The notes beneath the pieces are model-generated. The model was not told where the DNA came from and did no database searches. It saw nothing but the letters and a program-made list of their open reading frames with translations. DNA of 63,486 nucleotides, counting the filler, from Globobulimina sp. (Eukaryota), in the NCBI GenBank assembly GCA_003354225.1. It is 22 parts of 22 records of this genome, joined end to end, with 100 filler letters (N's around TTAATTAATTAA, not from the genome) between each part and the next. Parts side by side here need not be neighbours in the genome. Positions count along the whole stretch, not along the records: positions 57,809 to 60,597 come from PIVH01004883.1; positions 60,698 to 63,486 come from PIVH01004884.1; 20 more parts are not named here. The stretch is one strand, 5' to 3'. Positions 58,221-63,486 of the stretch are shown in pieces; positions within the stretch are counted from its first letter, which is position 1; every line of letters starts with the position of its first letter. The translations under genes were made by a program, and so were the position numbers.

Positions 58221-60376
58221 ATGATGCTGTTTACATTAGTAGCAAGTCTTATGGTGATATCATCATCATCATTATCAATTGATTTATATGGTGAAAGCAT
58301 TGATTTATTGATTGATAAATATGATTGGTTTAATGATGATTATTGGTATACATCACATACCATATTGAATGAAGATGGTTCACCAATGCATCAAAAATGT
58401 ATGACCAATAACAATTGTTATTGTGCACTTAAAAATAGTGAATATTATACAATTCGTTCGACACATAATCAAGCGGTGCCTGCATTTATTTGTTTTGGGA
58501 ATGAGAAGGATGAATTTCGTAGATACAATGCAGCATTTGGTGATTTTATGGATTATTATTTATATGATGATGATAATTATGATTACACCCCATATGATTT
58601 GAGATGGACAGGTCGTGGCAGCCCAAACGGTGATGATATACCATTCCAAACCACAGAGGTAAAAGATTATGGCGTTGGACATACTGGAGATTGTATAGTA
58701 GCGTTATCATCGCATCATATTATTCCTGACGGCGATTTAATCGCATTTTGGAACAAATTAATTGTTGCAGATTATGCTTCATTTAAAATGATAGCCAGGA
58801 AATTAGATGAGTTAATTAGCAAATATATCACAAGAAATGACATTACCGGCGCAGCAATAGCTGATTATCAGGCTGCTCAAGTGACATTGAAAGCAATTGT
58901 CGCTGGTGGCGCAGCGGGGATTACTCACGATGCGACCTCTGTAAATGTGCCAGCACAGTTGAGACAAATTAGAGCGCTCTTTGAATGGTATGTATATAAT
59001 ACTTTTATAATATAACTAAACTGTATACAAAACTAAATCTAAATAGGATGCCGGGTAACTTATTCAGTGGACCAAAAAGAGGAGCCCGCTCAGACGACCC
59101 TGCCGATACTGGTGTTGCTTTTGAAACGAATTGTAAACATATTGTTGGCGTTGAAAGAGGAACTGCATTGAAGTTGGTGTATGATGCAATTCAAGAATTA
59201 AAAAGCAACACAGCATTGACAGCTGGAATGACTCTAAAAAGGATGACTGGGATTTTGATTAAATATGGTTTGGGAGAGGGATATACCGCATTTAATGGTG
59301 CTCAATGGCAAATATTTCAAGATGCAGCTGATAGTAAATGGAAATTTAAAATTGATACTACAGTCCGACCAATTCCAAAGAGACGTCGACGATTATATGA
59401 TTTATATAATTATGTATATGAAGAAGAGGGCGATAGTTCGAGTCTGTATATTTATGGTGATGTTAATATGATATTTAACTTAGATGACTGGCATGATAAT
59501 GAAAAATGGATTACATCGCAATTATATGATACTGTCGTTGGTCGTCGATATACAATTCAACAAAAATGCGTCAATGCAATGGACTGTTATTGTCACGAAT
59601 TTAATCAACATTATCGATATCATAATGCATATATTACTGCAAATTTATGTAAATTTACTGTCGCTGATCCTGATCCTGTTGCTGTTGCTGCTGCTTATGC
59701 CACACCCAATAATTTAGCATTTGGCGGTGACAAAACTAGAAAATATCCCAAAATATTTGGAAAACCATTTACTAGATTTACAACGAGTGGTCGATATTGT
59801 CCTATATTAATGGGCAGACATCATATTATTCCCGCAAATTTATTACTGTCTTTTTGGAATAAAATTGCAGAAAACAATAAATGGTCTCGTATTAGTGCCT
59901 TGTTGACGTTTTTTAAAACGAGTAGTAAATATTTTAGGACGGATGCTCAAGTCAGGCAATGGATAGATGAAATATTAGGTGGAGTGCATACACATGCAAC
60001 TGGACAACCAAAACCCAAGGGATCGAATGGTGGTCGACATGGTAGATTGAAACAAAAGTTTGTATGGATGCCAGGCAATATACTGATTGGCCCGGATAAG
60101 GATATTCGAGCAGATGACGCTGGCAGTGCTTTTGAGACCGGTGCGAAGAAAATAATTGCAGATGACGCCAAATATGATAAATTATGGGATACCTATAAAG
60201 CAATGGATTATTATGTTAAAGATGATGCAAGAAATATGCCGATAACACTCGGTGAGATTGCAACCAATTTAAGAGATATTTGTGCAAAAGGGACGGCATA
60301 TCCATTCGATCCGGATCAATGGGAAGTTGTTACTGTTGCAGTTGGCCAATCTGTGTGGAAAATAAAAGCAGCATAA
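58221..60376 (+). CDS. Secreted ~698-aa protein of two homologous units (Cys-containing domain + xHHIIP/WMPGN domain), two exons
   Basis: Signal peptide MMLFTLVASLMVISSSS; intron 58988-59046 restores W|MPGNLF, matching WMPGNIL in the second unit; the internal duplication is visible by eye. Confidence 0.88.
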
Positions 60377-60967
60377 CTCTTTCAAAAAATATTTGTACTT
60401 TTTATTTTATGTAACTAGATCCCATTATAGTGATCTAGGCAAGTTATAATTTATTAATTTATATAATTTTATATTCTAATAATTGTGACCGTACTTTCCT
60501 TTTAAAGACAAACTTTTGAGTTAGTCATCGCAATCAGCAAAAGCAATGATAAAACTATGTACAAAACATCGATAAAAAAAACCCATAATGAATTACANNN
60601 NNNNNNNNNNNNNNNNNNNNNNNNNNNNNNNNNNNNNNNNNTTAATTAATTAANNNNNNNNNNNNNNNNNNNNNNNNNNNNNNNNNNNNNNNNNNNNGCA
60701 AGATAGAATCAATCTCAAGTTTATTGAGTATAATTAAATTATACTTTACTTAAAAGGTTTTCACAGAAAAAAAAAATTCCGTGGTTCCGCAGGAGCGCGT
60801 TACAAATAAATCAAAAGTGTTTCCAAACTTGCAGATGTTGCTGTAAATTGCTACAGTTTTTTTTGAATTTTTCCCCATAACTAAGCACTGCAAACACAAT
60901 TATAGGCAAATTAAAACAATTTAATTCAAGCTTATTAGCAATTACTACGACATAAAGTACACAGGTA

Positions 60968-62768
60968 TTAAGTAAACACGTTACCAAAAAAAGATGTCCA
61001 TTCATCATCTATCTCATCATTCTCATCTAAAAATGCTTCAACATTCTCACCATCATCATCAATATCCTTTGTTTTCTTCTCATCAATATATTCCCCTCGT
61101 TCTTGTGGATTCCATTTATCCCATGTTTTAGCTTTCGTATATTCAATCTCATCCTCCTCAGCCTTACCATCCCCATCCCCATCAATGTGATCATCCATGC
61201 AATTCACTGGCAATTTTATAATAACAATGCCATTCTTCGCGCCGGTCATATGATCCCAGCGTCCCAACCGATGTTCCGTGCCAATGCCACATATAAGTTT
61301 ATCGCCTCTGTCACTCCATTTCATCACATTGACAAAGCCGCACTTCGGGATTTGAATGCTCCTCAAATGCAAAAAATTACGATTCTTGACTGCAAATAAC
61401 TTAATCACGCCGTCAGAAGAACCACTGGCAAACACATCGCAATTATGCTTCGCGCCCAAGCTCACGATCCAGTGTCGCAACTTACTGTTTTTATCCACAA
61501 TGTCAGCCTTATTATTGCTGACATGCGCATCGCTCAGCTTATGCAACGGGTACTTCTTCGCCGTGCTCCACAACGCAATGCTCCCATCTTGCGAGCCCGT
61601 AATAAACCGACTCGGCGTCAACATGCAGCACGCATCGATATTGTCGCTGTGCCCCTCTCCGTGGATATTCTCATTGAATATCAATTGAGACTGCGTGCGG
61701 AGCTTCCAATAACGGATAGTTTTGTCGTCAGACACAGTCAAACAGCGATCCTGGTTCGTAGTGGCGATGTTATTTATCGCCTCTCTGTGCCCATATAGCG
61801 GCTGCGCGAAGCCCATCTCATTCATGTCATAGACACGAATCTGCCGATCGGCGCCCGTACTGAACAGAGTATTGTTGCATTCATGCTCCGCCATCAACAG
61901 CTTATTATCGTACGAATCGCGGCTAAAAGCTAAACCGGTCACCTTTTTGCTATGTCCACCGCGAAAAGTGCTCCTAAAGCGCATGGTTTTGAAGTTCCAC
62001 ACTCGGATTAAGCAGTCCTCGCCGCCCGAAACCAACCACTTCTCATCGGGCGAGATGGCCACAGCCAACACCGGTTTGGGCCGGATTTTCTTGAAATCCT
62101 CATAGCGTAAACCGCCCCATTTCACTTTCTTTTTGCTCTTGTTTTTTTTGAGCGGCCACGCATGCCACACTTTTTTCAGCTTTTTGCCGGTTTTCAAGTC
62201 CCATTTAATGATACTGCCGTCTTTGCTGCCGGTCAGGATGTAGCGGTCCTTCTTGGTGGGGTCCAGGGCCATGCACGTAACGGAGAGGCGGTGGCCGCGA
62301 AACGAGGCGATTTTGGCGTCTATGTCTTTGTGTTTGGAGATGTAATCACGTAATTTCGTGGCCATTCGATAACGATATGACCCCTCTAATTGGCCGATTT
62401 TGCCCATTAATTTGTTGTGGATTTGCTTTTCATCGATCTCGTCGTCGTCTGAATGAGCTACTATGGATTCTCTTGTGGCGGCGAGTAAACGTTTCGCGAT
62501 TTCAATGCGTTTTTCGTCTGCCGTCAGTGCCTCAGATGGAGAGATTTCTGCTTTTTTCGACATAGCTTCGACGTCATCGATATCGAATAATTGGTTTAAT
62601 CTGTTTTTTGTTTTGTTTTGTAAATTGATTGTTCATCCAATGTTGTTTTTAATTGACTGGAAATGTTACTTTTTAATTGTTGTTTAGGACATTGACATAC
62701 TTTCGTCGTTTTCTCATTGGTGGTGGTTTCGTATCATTCGGCAAAGTCCTTTTCATTTTGAAAGCCAT
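60968..62768 (-). CDS. RRP9: U3 snoRNP WD40 protein Rrp9/U3-55K, two exons
   Basis: GHRLSVTC, SKDGSIIKWD, LYGH, WKL..QSQLIF, ALWSTAKKYP, ASGSSDG, GFVN and GTEHRLGRW signatures; intron 62601-62700 gives the start MAFKMKR. Confidence 0.93.
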
Positions 62769-63140
62769 GTTTGTTTATATGATTTTGTTTGAAGAGGTTT
62801 AAAGTTTTTTCAACGAACAGAGTGCAAGGAGTAAAATAAAAACAAAACGACAATCAAGCGTTCAAAACAATAATCGGTGTCTATATAATAGAATATACTC
62901 CACTTTTTGAATATGAGGGTTCATAAAGTATCAATTATCCGATATTCAATTTTTGAATTTTTGAATGTATGGCAAGAATCGATTGTTTTATGTAGTTTAT
63001 AATATGTTTAGTAATCGACCAATGCCAATAAAAGCGCCTAAAATGACGAAATTCCTTAAAAATCACGGAATTTGGTACCATAATCTTTGAGCTATTCCAA
63101 AAGGATTGTTTGAAGATGCATTTTCAGCATCTTTTTTGGA

Positions 63141-63407
63141 TCATTCTTTTTTTTTACAATTGTCATCATTACCACTCGGTGGGTCGACTGACATTCGATT
63201 CTCTTTCATTTCAGTATGCGTAATATCATTATTATCATCTTTTTTACCATTGTATGTAGTCATATTTATCAGTGGTGCTGCGTACAATACCTTTGATAAA
63301 TGGAAAGTATTGTATTTGAAAGCAATGTGCTTTCGTTGATAAACTTTGTATGTAAATCCACAGAACTGCTTCCTAAGAAAATTGTAATGCTTATAAAAAG
63401 ACCTCAT
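63141..63407 (-). CDS. Short hypothetical ORF / gene end
   Basis: 88-aa ORF near the contig edge; no recognised motif. Confidence 0.25.
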   Translation of the reverse strand: MRSFYKHYNFLRKQFCGFTYKVYQRKHIAFKYNTFHLSKVLYAAPLINMTTYNGKKDDNNDITHTEMKENRMSVDPPSGNDDNCKKKE

Positions 63408-63486
63408 CTAAAGTACACATGGTTTTTTTTAAGAGTCATACACTATACAGTAGTTTCCTCACAAAGTTTACGGAAAATTGTGATAA

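Noticed and set aside
1-63486. Apparent functional clustering across the window (ubiquitin, G-protein and nuclear-envelope genes)
   Set aside because: Contigs are ordered by length only, so cross-spacer adjacency carries no information.

Overview
This window is not one locus. It is 22 unrelated contigs of 2789-2793 bp, sorted by decreasing length and joined by 100-nt artificial spacers (44 N + TTAATTAATTAA + 44 N), so gene neighbourhood only has meaning within a contig. The DNA is AT-rich, gene-dense and eukaryotic, with many short GT-AG spliceosomal introns (mostly 44-100 nt by my hand-built models). The gene families point to a free-living protist, most plausibly a foraminiferan/Rhizarian (inference, not proven). 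Recognisable genes: ARPC5, a PDI-C (Erv41/46-thioredoxin) protein, a CAR/GCR1-type GPCR, an RGS fragment, a Man1/Src1-like inner nuclear membrane protein, a PH-RhoGEF, cytosolic Hsp70, a Ras-family GTPase, an XK-related protein, a DHHC palmitoyltransferase, a GNAT fragment, a retrotransposon gag, a MYND protein, a divergent actin-like protein, a SUN protein, a soluble-cyclase/STAND protein, a HUWE1-like fragment, TFIP11, RBM5/10 and RRP9. No rRNA, tRNA or CRISPR array was recognised. Most worth following up: (1) a secreted, intron-containing tandem polyprotein of two 'xHHIIP...WMPGN' toxin/HNH-like units separated by KRRRRL; (2) a putatively myristoylated PUB + ADP-ribosyltransferase fusion; (3) unusually long introns that fold into strong hairpins; (4) a recurrent TGAST-A(n)-CT motif near start codons, and very compact divergent promoters; (5) isolated in-frame TAG/TAA codons in three otherwise intact reading frames; (6) an actin-like protein lacking the D-loop and carrying a helical insert. 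All gene models and family calls were made by eye, without database searches.
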